From Camelus ferus (Eukaryota): a DNA stretch of 64,000 nt. Numbering within the stretch: the first letter of the stretch is position 1; every line of letters starts with the position of its first letter. This document shows, one piece after another, positions 39,401 through 50,899 of the stretch. Location: contig NC_045697.1 in NCBI RefSeq assembly GCF_009834535.1, positions 26,476,001 through 26,540,000 on the forward strand, in the 5' to 3' direction. The position numbers and the translations under genes are program-made. The notes under the pieces are model-generated. The model saw only the letters and a list, made by a program, of their open reading frames with translations. It was not told the DNA's origin and did not search any database.

Positions 39401-40327
39401 AGGAAAGAGATCCTAACTTTTTGACAGAGTTAATTTTGTTGAAGACACTTGGAAAGGAAATGTTGATGTAAGCTAAACAGAGTTTGCTAAAGACAAATGT
39501 GACCATGAGAATGGACATCCTCCTGGAGTCTAAGGAAATCTTGGGAAGAACTTTGGCTACACCCAGGTAGCAGAATCAAGGGTTCAAAGTAATTCACTAG
39601 ACAGCACGGAGCAGAGGGGCCTTATTGATATGTGGGATAGATACAGAGGTAAGTAATGGGTTTCATGAACCAGTTGGAATCTCTTCCTCAAGGTGCAAGC
39701 AGAAGGTAACTTTATTCTGTGTGGGTCTGTTCCCCTTTGAATTTTGCATGAATTTCAAGGTTTCTATGGCTTTCCCACTAACTCTCAAGTAGTATAACAT
39801 CTAGTCCAATCTAATACCAAATCTTCACACTCTTGTCCAGTAACAAACGTCTTTATTTACTCAGCTTGGACCTGCCTTGAGCCTGCAGTGAGAAAGGAGG
39901 ATTACAGAGAATGGAGAAGAAGCAGTCATAAAATACACCTTACTGCCTGAGCTACAATCTCAGGTAGTGCCCTCCAGGTGTCACAGATATGAAATCCCAT
40001 TTCTTTCTCATAAAGGATCTAGTTGTGGGCCCTTTAGGGGTATCTATCTCCAGTGACAATGTGAGACTATGTATATCTGATCCCTTTGATGCTCTCTGGA
40101 CACCTGAGCCCATCTAGAGGTTGCTTCATTCCTTGAAAAAAGGCCTGGTCAAGCAAGGTCCTATTCAAGACAACCTGTAGCTGATTTGCTTTTATGGGGT
40201 CTGCATATGACTCACTTCCCTTGTCCAAAGTGGTGCAGCTGCCTATGGGCCACAGCCTCACACAGCTTGTCTTTTCTAGGTCTGAATCAGGTGCCAGATC
40301 CTATATCCCACAAGCTACAGATGCCTA

Positions 40328-40635
40328 TTTTCTTAGGTCGCATCCCTTAAAGCTTGAGATGGGGATTCAAGAACACTTAGTTTATTGAGTCAGTCTCTCA
40401 GGAGAAAGGGAGTGAGAGAAGCAGGACAGCGTAAGAAACGACGTGGTTTTAGCTGAAGACTCCTTTCAGCTGATCCCATGACGGTCTCTGGAGAAAGAAC
40501 AGAATTGGTCCCAATGTGAGCAGGGCACACACATTTTGTACTAGTTATCACTGGCTGCAAGCGACCTCAGCCAGGGCCTGAGCATACAAGTCCAGTCAGG
40601 GGGCTCTGGGCAGGATGTTCACTGCACCTACTATG
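40328..40635 (-). mobile_element. ERVL LTR16-like fragment
   Basis: TCTTAGGTCG...TGAGATGGGGATTC...TAGTTTATTGAG...GGGAGTGAGAGAAGCAGGACAG. Confidence 0.5.
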
Positions 40636-41439
40636 CCTGTTAAGCTTTTGCTGAGTTTCTCTCACTAGATTTGCAGGGCTGGGGAAGTACTCTCCTCCTC
40701 TCTCCCCATGTGGAAGGGCTGAGAACACACAGCACACTTCTCTCTAAAGAACTTATTATCCTTAGCCTCCTGAATGTTCTGATAAATCCCTAGTCTTCTT
40801 TCTGTTGGCCTAGCCTTGACAGAGCTCATTTCACACCCTCCTAGCTTAGCCCACTTTGCCATTTAACCACCTTGCCATGAGATCTGGAATACCTGGAACC
40901 TATTTTATTATTCCTGGCTTATGGCTGAAATTCTGAAAAATAGGTAAACTTGCATTTATCCTCCTCTTAACAACTCAACCTCTCAGAAGCAAGGAAAGGG
41001 AAAATCTGCTACTCTTGGCATTAGGTGGCAAAGGGAGGCTTAGAGAATTTTCTGCAGTCCAACAAATTCTGGATGTTTCCAGTAGGCCTCCTCTGTTCTA
41101 TAAACCAGACAGCCTCGTTGATGTCTGCCTCCTTTTAGTATTTCTGGAGTTACATACAGCAGTTAATTTTAGCTGGAATTAACACAAATCATTCTGTAAC
41201 AACTAAGGATTTTCTTCTGAAAGCTTTATAATTTTTTGTACTTTCTGTGGCAACTTAGCTGAATCCCTTATTCTCTCAGCTGGTGGTGACCACAGTGCTA
41301 TGATCCTAGCTCAGGTGCAGACTTAATCAACACTTCATAACAATGGGCACCACAGAATTTCTCTTCGTCCTATCGGTCTTCCCTGTATAGCTCCTCAGAC
41401 CATAACAGAATAAAAGCCTTGCTTAATATTTTCTTTACA

Positions 41440-41475
41440 AACACTGTAAATCAGCTATACTTGAATTAAAATTTT
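41440..41475 (+). mobile_element. Ultra-short L1 3' terminus
   Basis: AACACTGTAAATCAGCTATACTTGAATTAAAA flanked by TTTTCTTTACA at 41429-41439 and 41476-41486. Confidence 0.7.
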
Positions 41476-41934
41476 TTTTCTTTACATTTGTTGATCAGGA
41501 ATGACAAAGGATGCTTTTGTCCAGTGCGACTGAGTAGCCCTCAGGAATCTATGTGCCTGTATTAGCAGTAGAATGGAATGAGTGATAACTCTGACCACAG
41601 CTTGCTTCAGAAGAGAGGGGCAATGGCCTTTTTGTAAGAAAGTCATTTGAGGCAATATCCACTTTAAAGGCAGCTACTGAAGAATAATTTGCTGATGCAT
41701 TTTAAATAGCACTAATCTATTTTCACGTTTTTAGTTCTGCACAGTTGGCAGCCAATAGGTAATGCATTACAGAGCATTCCCAGTTTGTAGAACATGTATA
41801 TTGTTTTCTGACGAAAATATGACAGGCAGAAAGAGTGCCTGAAAACTGAAATCATTCATAGCTGAATAACCAGATCTCTCTAGAAAGGTGGGGCATAATT
41901 TGTTGAACATATGGATAAGCAAAAACAAACCTGC

Positions 41935-42195
41935 AATAAGACAGTGGATAATTTCCAGAGATTTAATGCACAGCATAGTGATTATAGCCACCAATACTGT
42001 ATTATAAAACTTGAAGTTGCTGAGAGACTAGATCTTAAATGTTCTCGTCATAACAAAAAATAATGTGACATGATGGAGGTGTTAGCTAGAGCTACAATGG
42101 TAATCACATTATAATATATAAATGCAACAAATCAACACACTGTACAACTTAAAGTTATACAATTTTATGTGCCAATTATATATCAATCAAAACAG
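41935..42195 (+). mobile_element. L1 3' UTR fragment (same family as 36335-36562)
   Basis: CAGCATAGTGATTATAGCC...GTTGCTGAGAGACTAGATCTTAAATGTTCTC...CAATTATATATCAAT. Confidence 0.85.
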
Positions 42196-43822
42196 AAGAA
42201 TTATTGCAAAATTCTAGGATTTTCAAATCTATACTGTTGCAGTTACCAACAAAAATAGAATTTTCTCAAAAATTAACCTTTACATTTTTATTATAGATTT
42301 CTATCAATTTTTAAATGAGTAAAGGACAATCTGGAATTGACATATTTGTGTAATTGCACAAAAATGAATTTTAGTTAGGAGAAAAATTGCTACCCTAAAA
42401 GGCTAATTAAAAACTAGCTGAAAGGCAAATGCTGTTTTCTTCAAGATTTCTTCCTAGTCTATAAGACAAGCAAAGAGGCATTTAGACAACTGCTCCATTA
42501 TTTCAGAATATACAGGAAACTTAAAGAAACAGAATAATGGCAATGAAATATCATTTAATAAAGGAGAACTCAGAGAGAGTAACAGTACTTTTTGTGAGGA
42601 AATTTAACTAAAGCTACACGTTGTCTTCTAGTTAGTAATAATACATTAAACACATAATTTCCTCTTTTATGGCTGAGAATATTGTTGACAGGAGCATTGA
42701 GTGATGCAGGAACTAAGAAGGATTTCTAATTAAAATTTCATTATAATAAGTAAATTACGTCACACAAGTTTAAAACTACCTTTCCTTTCTAAACTCTTTA
42801 TAGAGCCTCTGAAGGACCTTGAGTATATGTTTAAAATCTTTGAATTAGCATTGAGACTGAGCATCAGGACTGATACAACATGGAACACTGTGGTGACTGA
42901 AGTAAAGCTATAGCTACCCATGTAATCTTTCTAACTTGCATTGGCTTTTTGGTAGACAAGACAAAATCCAGTGTTTTTCAATACCAGACCTCAGTTAATA
43001 GGCCCAGCAAGGGACAGCAGTGATAAGGGAGCAATTCAGAATATTTGGATCAACAGTTTGTATTTATGTTTTCTGGAGAAAATGATGCCCAGCTGGTAAA
43101 AATGATTCATAATTCCTAATACAGCAAGTTTGCCATGAGGGGCAGCAGGCTGGAAGAGGACAGTGTGTCAACAGGCCACAAATTAGAATTGCTAGGAGTG
43201 TCTTGGTCAGGAGCTAAATGACTAACAGTTATAGCAAAAAGGACACTTACTATGGCAGTTAACAACGGACATTTCCATGAAGAGAGGCAAAGGAAGGTGG
43301 ACCAACCTGGGACCTGACACCTTGAAAAGTCGTAATCGTGAATAGGGTTGCTGCATTTGTCTTCCTACTTGAGCCTGGGACAAATTATCTTTGCTCTAAA
43401 AATGACCCATCTCTTTATTAGAGAGGAAAGGAAAGAGCTTGAGAAAATTACTAGTCAAGATGAGGACCTCAAGGAAGGACAAAAATGAAGGAGGTCATAC
43501 AAACAACAAAAATAATTGCTTGGGAGCAAAAGAAAATTAGAACCAGTAAAAGAATGTGGTATGTGACAAAGAGGAGGAAGAAGGAACTACATGCTGTAGG
43601 GGATTTAAGTAGCACAAGAGGCCTCTATCCCAACCTTGGGGTGTTAGACTTGATCTTCTGAGGAAGCACCCACAAAACAAAAACTAGGGTTCACAAGAGG
43701 AATACTGGGCCTAGTCTTTGGAGTACTATGTTTTGTGATGGTCAGTGGCAGCTTGCCGGGTCCATGTTTTGTGCCCAAGGGTAGTCACAGCTGGTAACTG
43801 GAGGTGCAGGGTCCTCCTAGAG

Positions 43823-44138
43823 CAGCACTGTCCAAAAGAAATTCATTGTGAGCCACATATGCAGTTTAAAATTTTCTAACTGCTACATTAAAAAGAAGCA
43901 GGCAAAACTTACTTCAATAATACATTTTATTTAACACAATCTATCTAAAATAATCTCATTTTCAATATTTATTCAATATAGACATTATTAAAAAGGTAAT
44001 TTAAATATGTTTTTACCTAATAAATCTTTGAAATCCAGTGTGTACTTCATAATTACAGTACATCTCAATTGGGACTAGTGACTTTTTGGGTGCTCCAGAG
44101 CCACGTGTGGCCGCTGGCTATCATACTGGACAGTTCAT
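43823..44138 (-). mobile_element. hAT-Charlie MITE, MER33-like
   Basis: Ends CAGCACTGTCCAA / CTGGACAGTTCAT; 8-bp TSD TCCTAGAG at 43815-43822 and 44139-44146. Confidence 0.85.
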
Positions 44139-44249
44139 TCCTAGAGTGTGAACCTCTATATGGAGGTAGGTCAAACAAGGCTTGACTTTCTAATTCTTAG
44201 CTTCTCAATCCCACCTCACTTCTCCTCAGCAACCTCACTTAATCAAGTA

Positions 44250-45787
44250 TTTCCTCACTCACATATATATACAACCATTTCTCCTCTGCTGACTCTTCTT
44301 CCTTGGGCTAGAAAAGTGCACAAGTCTCTCCCATACTTAAAAGCAAAGCAAACATGTTTAAGTCTTCATTCCCTTTTCTTCAATACAACCAGGTTTCCTC
44401 TGAGCAATGCATGCTCATTCTTTCCATTTTCTCAGACCTCACTCACTTCTCAAACCTGAGCTGGGGCATTGCACAAATCCAGGGTCTTTATCCCCAGAGA
44501 ATATAATAGATGAAGTGCTCCTGGTGGTCATTTCTCAAGACACTGAAAATTTTCTTTTCTCTGTAATCACTCCACAGAACCTGGTGTCATCACAGTTTGC
44601 CTCTTTGTTGCACAACACAATGACATTTTAGTCCTTCTTTGTCCTAATCACTCAGCAGTATTTGTCCTCCTCTCTCTGTTTCCCTAACATCAACATCACT
44701 TGGTTTTAGTCCCTCTCTCGTGTTGCTTCTTCTTGGTCTCTTTCCAGGCTTACGTTTTTGGACTCATCTTTTACATTCTAATGCTTCTCAAGGTCTGTAC
44801 TTCTCTTTCTCCTCACATTAAAAACTTTTATGAGCTCTTTTACTCATTCTTGTATCATCAGCCAGGACCTATTCTTCCAAATCTGTGTTTTTATCCCAGA
44901 TTTCAATTCCTGATTACAAACCACATAGCCAGCTTCTTAATTTACATCTCTGCTTAGATATCCCTCAGGGATTTCAAACTTAACACGTCTGAAACATTAT
45001 TCACCTTCTCCATCAGGAATACTCCTGAATTCCCTGCCTAATCAAGAGTACGTCCACCTACTCAGTCACTAGAATCACTTATCACTATTATTTATTCTTC
45101 TAACTCCGTTAACTCCACAGCTACTCAGCCACAGTATTCTGTCATTTTACTGACTTTATGTTTCTTGAAATGATGACCACTTTCCATTCTCCTTGTTGCT
45201 ATTTTATTTAGACTATTGTCAAAGAGACATAATGGAAGAAGCATCTGATTTTTCAAACAAGATGAACATTTTTTCCTTCGTATCATGCTGTGAAAAATAC
45301 ATAAGATAATACATAATGAATGCTCGATATTCAACTATTAATAATCCCCTCAAAGGACTTGCTAATCGTCACAATAAATACAAGTCCCATGGTATGGCCC
45401 ACAAAGACAATAATGATCTGGTCCTCAGTTTCGTAACTTCTACTTTAAAATCTTCTGTTTGTTAATGCAGGCCAACTTACTTTTTCTAGAAGCACCTGTG
45501 TGTTTTATTCATCATGCAGCCCCCTGATCTTGAACATGTTTCACTGCAGCAATTTATGATGGCTGCCTAAAAATTTTTATCTATTCCCAATTTTTGCTAA
45601 GCTATGAACTCTTACAATTCTTTCCCTTGACACCACTCACCCCCTCAGTCTTTATGTATTTAACCATAGTATTCAGTTAATAGAACTATAAATATATGTT
45701 CGATTATTTGTCTCAGAGGTCTTATCTTAGTGGTTACTAAGCCTCTCCAATGTAATAGACACAAGTATATAAAAATGAATGAATGAA
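44250..45787 (+). mobile_element. Fragmented L2 with (GAAT)n tail
   Basis: CATCTCTGCTTAGATATCCCTCAGGGATTTCAAACTTAACACGTCTGAAAC; terminal ATGAATGAATGAA. Confidence 0.5.
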
Positions 45788-46235
45788 TGTGTCAGCCGAG
45801 GGGGGCTGAAGTGGGATTTGAGGAGGTGAGTGGCCCAACTGGAAAAATGTGTGAGGAGCTGCCATACCACGAAACAGACTGCACCAGGAGCTGACACGGA
45901 GTGAAACAGCACTTTATTCTGTTGCCACAAGGTGGTGCGCGTGGCGGGCGGGGGGCGGCGGCGGCGGCGCTCGGTACTTTCTTCTAGTTTAACAAGATGG
46001 CGCCCCCGTGGCGCCCTTGTCCTGCTTTTATTTATTTTCTGCCTGCACATGCACAGTGTTCATTTTCTTTGTTCATGAGGCTTACAGAACACCATTAGTG
46101 CATGCGTATCTCTACTTTTCTTTGTTTTAAAACTTATATAACCAGTGCATGCATACAATCATTATTTACCTCATACTATAAGGATGTTGTTGTGACCCTG
46201 GCCTTGGGCTGCACAGCCTACTCATTCAAGGCCAC
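45788..46235 (-). mobile_element. ERV2 (betaretrovirus-like) solo LTR, relatively young
   Basis: Minus strand order: TATA-like TAAATAAAAG (46025-46034), GGCGCCATCTTG, AATAAA (45913-45918), ...GGCTGACACA end; ~450 bp; retained CpGs; imperfect 6-bp TSD candidate TGAATG/TGAAAG. Confidence 0.7.
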
Positions 46236-49169
46236 TGAAAGAATGATTTAAGGTAGATATTCTGTGTATGACACTAAAAATTTTAGGAATATGATTGACA
46301 CTCATGGCTTTAAAAGTAAAGGCGGCATGATAAAGCAGCAGATGGTTATAATGATGACATGAAAAGACAAGATTTGGGTTTCTAAACAAAGATATGTTCT
46401 AGTATAATGATGAACAGACTCTTGGCAAGAATCTAAGAGGTCTTTTGGAGGACTGGAAATACTATTTGAGGTACTCATGAAGAGACGTTCAAACTAAAAT
46501 TTAAAGGAAAGAGAAAAACTAACTTGGGGAAAATAGAGGGAACAAGGAAAGCTAAAAGACCAATTTCACCATTGTAAAAACTATAAAATAATTCTCTGGA
46601 GAAAGTAATAGGTATAATGTTACTTCTAGGTAGCTATGGGCTAAGAAATAGATGCTATAAGTTGATTAGGCTTGAAATTAATTCCTGGTATTTGCCTTGG
46701 AGGTTCTAGTCATTCATCAAAGTAGACTAGACTTGGATATTTCTATTAAAGCAAGAGAGTGTTAGAATAGCAGATAATCTAAAAACATAATTGTCTAGAT
46801 ATAAAATAACATACATTTGTAAGCAGCAATAAAATACCAAGATATTGCACTCATCCTACGTTAAAGAATCACAACTGAGAGGAGGCGATGGATATGAAAA
46901 ACAGATATGTAGAGTCTACTGAAGAAGTTTGGAGAATCCAGATTGTAGGGACCTCTACTCCTCTTTGGGAAGTTAAGTCCAGGAAAGTAGCAAGAATCTA
47001 AAATTTTCCTATTGCTTGTGTGATTCAAGGAGAAAAGATATATATTAGAGAGTCTAAGCAAATGGGCTTAGGTCAGAATTACAGAAGGCATGTTTTCTGA
47101 GCAGGGTTCATGGAAGATTGAAATATTTTCTGCCAACAAAGTGAAGGTGCTTCACAGATCCAGGTGACTGGAAGGCCATGCGTAGTTGAGATGAAGAGGA
47201 TGTAGCAATGACATTCATAAACTAAATTTCCTAGAGAAATAAAAAGGTATCATTGGGTATCAGTGTGGAGTCTTTACAATACTTATGCCACTCAGAACAT
47301 TGAGAAACTGATGAGGATGCTGAACTAGTTAAGATAAAGTTTCTGCCTCTTTAGAGGCAGAAGGGGAGTTTGTGATAGAAATTTAGTGCAGTTAAAAACA
47401 AAAACAAAAACAAAAACAGAAGGTATTACATTTTTTGCCCCCTAGGATTATATACACTGCACTTCCAAGGAATTGGGTAAAAAACAGCCAAATAGAGTCT
47501 GGAAAAGAAAACATTCAAAGAAACATGATGGTTGTCTTCCAACATTCGAAGGAATTAAAAATGTAATTTCTGCTGGGTATAGTTTCAGGAGACAAATGAT
47601 ATTTTCAATGAGTGGAAATTATAGAGTGACATATTCTTGGTAAATTAAGCAAACAACCAATTATATTGGTGACAGTCTTTTAACAATGGAATGAACTCTG
47701 TATTGATACATTAAGCTCTGCCACTGGGACCTGGAAGAGAATCAATATGAAGGGCTATAGAAGCAAGTCTTCAGTTTGGAAGACAACAGTGTGCTAGTCT
47801 TTCTAATGTGCTATCATGATGGCATGAATTTTCACAGTATATCAAAGCCTCAGCACATGAAATAGAGACAGTTACTCTGACTAGGAAACTAAAAGAGTGC
47901 CAAAATAACAAGAATTTTAACCTGTATCTTAACAAAATATAAACCAAAAAAGGACTTGTGAAAATATGTAAAAACACTCATCAGCTTAGCAAGTTCTGTA
48001 TGAACGGTTATGCCTTTTATGTTTTGCTGAAGCATTTATCCACCTCTGAGACTAATGTATGATAAGACACTGTCAAGGATAATACGAGTTCTGTCACACA
48101 TCTATAGCAATAAAACTTGAAATTATGTGAATTCATTCTTGTGGGGAAAGTAATGACATGAGGAATTCAACATTCACATTGGGAAAAGGCTTTGTGAATA
48201 AAGAATGTTTGCCATTCTTGTCATGCTTTCCTAACTGTGACAAAGACATGTAGGTGACAGAGTTGTAACTGAGTAGTTAATTCTTTTGCATCTTATCAGC
48301 TCTTGACAATGGATGATTAAACACTTGGCTAATCACAAGTTATTTAATGAGAGAGTTTTTATATGATTTTTTAATTTAAGAGTTGTTAATTCAGTGGCTG
48401 CAGGGATCATTTTATGAGATATCTCATAGAAAATGTTTTAAAACCACTGAGATATTCACAAGCAACATTCAATTATTCATAACTGTGTCTCTAGCATTAT
48501 CTTACCCTCTATCCTTATGGACACTGGCTTGGATAATCATCAAAATAATTACTTCTATCACACTGGATAGCAGGCATCATTAATTGAAAATTGTTGATGT
48601 AGAACAGCATCAATATTAGATCAACTGGTAGGAAATCTAATATATTCAATTAAAATAATTCATAACAAAAACACAAGCTAACAAGTATAAATAGGGATGA
48701 GGATGCTAACAATATTCATTTATCATATTTTAATACATTAAAGTTTATGCACACAAAGTTGATTTTTATATATGATTACTTTGATAAATGAAAAGAAGAT
48801 ACAATGAAAACATTTTAATTACTGGTGGAGGCTTTCAGTCAGTCATTTGCAGAATTAGCACTCAGAGCCTCAAGCTTGGTACAGCTAATAGAGTTGTATT
48901 TCAAATGCCATCAATAATTTCTTACAAATTTGGCTTCATTTGTTATTTGTTAGTTTATACTAAATGGTTCTTAAGCCACACATCATTCATAGACACTCAA
49001 TATTACTCATGATTGCAAATGAAAATAGCACTGTAGGTACATAGCTACATAAAATGTCATAGCTACATGGAATTGCATGGTAATTCCAGAAAGTGGGGTT
49101 TTCAATATATTTTTATTTTATCTTTGTCATACCGTTTCTTGTGCTGAACAATACACTATATTAATGATA

Positions 49170-49390
49170 TCTACTGTTCATGGAATGTATATGCTGTAAC
49201 TATTTTAAGTGTTTTAAACATATTCTCATTTGATCCATACAACACATGATACAGGTACTATTTTATTCTAAGTTGACCACATGGAAACTGAGCATCAAAG
49301 AAGTTAACTAACTTGTCCAGGTTGTCTAATAAGTGGAGGATCAGTTTCTAAGTAGGATTTGAAGTCCATTCATGTCACCACTAATCTATG
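49170..49390 (-). mobile_element. MIR SINE
   Basis: TCTCATTTGATCCATACAAC...GGAAACTGAGCATCAAAGAAGTTAACTAACTTGTCCAGG. Confidence 0.7.
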
Positions 49391-49739
49391 CTGACTCTTG
49401 TACATGGTCCTTGTACTTTTAAAAAGTTGCTTAAATAAGTCTTTCCTTTTTATTTTCACTTTTGGATGGATCCCCAGCTCTGAGAATGTTTATTTAATGC
49501 CTGAAGATTCTAGAAAGAAACATCATACCATCCTTAGCAAATTTAATTGGTAGCCACTAAAAATCAGGTTAATGACCTTTAGGCTATCACTGACCTTGAA
49601 AGTATATAAAGACTTGAATATTGATTAGGAGAGTAAATATTTCTTTAGGAAGAAGAGTAATTTTAGAGTGTAGTAGTCTCTTTCCCTCTTTTAACTTCAT
49701 AGTACGGTGGGATTACTTCCCTTAACCGAATCCAAGGAT

Positions 49740-50230
49740 ACCAACTAGTTTCTTGCCACATAACTAACCACCACAAAATTTAAAGATGGAAAATAACAGC
49801 CATTGATTTTGCTTTTAATTATGTGGCTCAACCATTGGGGCTGCATTCAGTTGAGCAGTCCCTGGTTTCAGCTGGACTCATGCCTCTGCCTTTAGCTATG
49901 TGACAGATGAGAGGGCTGACCTAGGGAAAGTTCAGCTGAGATGGCTTATGTGGATTCCATGTGGCCTCTCACCCTCCAGCTGCTTCGCCCATACTTATCC
50001 ACATGGCAGAGGTGATAGGGCCCCAAGTGGGAGAGTAGAAATATGCAAGGTCTTCCGAGTACTAGCCTTGGGACTAGCCCAACAATGCTTTTTCCTGCTC
50101 AGACTAAGTCCCTTTTTAAGGGTGGAGAAGTAGACTCAACCCTCTGATGAGAGGGGCTGCCAAGTCATGTTGCAAAGAGTGTGGGTACAGGAATAGTAGA
50201 GAATTTGGGCCATTTTTGCACTTTACACCC
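49740..50230 (-). mobile_element. MaLR LTR (MLT1G/H-like)
   Basis: CATAACTAACCACCACAAAATT...GCTGCCAAGTCATGTTGCAAAG...GAATTTGGGCCATTTTTGCA. Confidence 0.7.
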
Positions 50231-50899
50231 TCAAGTGAAGTGTGCTCTGAAAGAACCATCCAAAGAGTTTGGCCTGTATCTTTTGAAATGCTGAAAATTC
50301 AGAGCCTGGCACACGACTCACTGATGGAAAAAAATAAAATCAATGCTATAGGAAGAGGAAGAGAGATGACTCCAGAGGAAGAAAGCCCTACTACCTTGTT
50401 TGTAGTGACAAGTAGTCATGTTTTCTGTGGGACATGCATAAACCCCTCAGAGTTACACTGAAAGTCCTCTATCCAAAAAGACCTCCTTCAGGTGAGCCTC
50501 CTATGGAGTGGACTGCAGAAAATAAAGCGCAGAGGGGAAAATATAAGTAGCTAGATAGCAAAGACTTTTGGTCCTGCTAAAAAAGTATAGTCAGAGGAAC
50601 TCAATAGTTTGTATCTTAGAAGAACAACAACCAAAAAAAAATTTTTAATCCACAATATAGAATATAAGTATTGATGACTGTCGCCCACACAGCATACCAT
50701 ACTAGATTACAACTCCAGTAGTCAAGTAAAATTTTTTTGATCCTGTATGTCTTGTCCCTTAGGTTCAATATTGGAGGTCTGAGGTAACAAAATGAAACAA
50801 AATGATTGGAGATGAGGACTAGGTCAGAAGAGCAAGGGTAGGTACTGAAGAAGCCAGCACATCAGAAAGCAGCTAAGTGACACTGTGCAACCAGAATGC

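Noticed and set aside
46009..46016. TGGCGCCC as a tRNA-Lys primer-binding site
   Set aside because: Only 8 nt match, it lies inside the LTR, and no internal proviral sequence follows.
45727..46050. Arg/Pro-rich ORF or CpG-island promoter of a host gene
   Set aside because: The GC-rich core is under 100 bp and sits inside an LTR-structured element; the ORF just translates the (GGC)n run.
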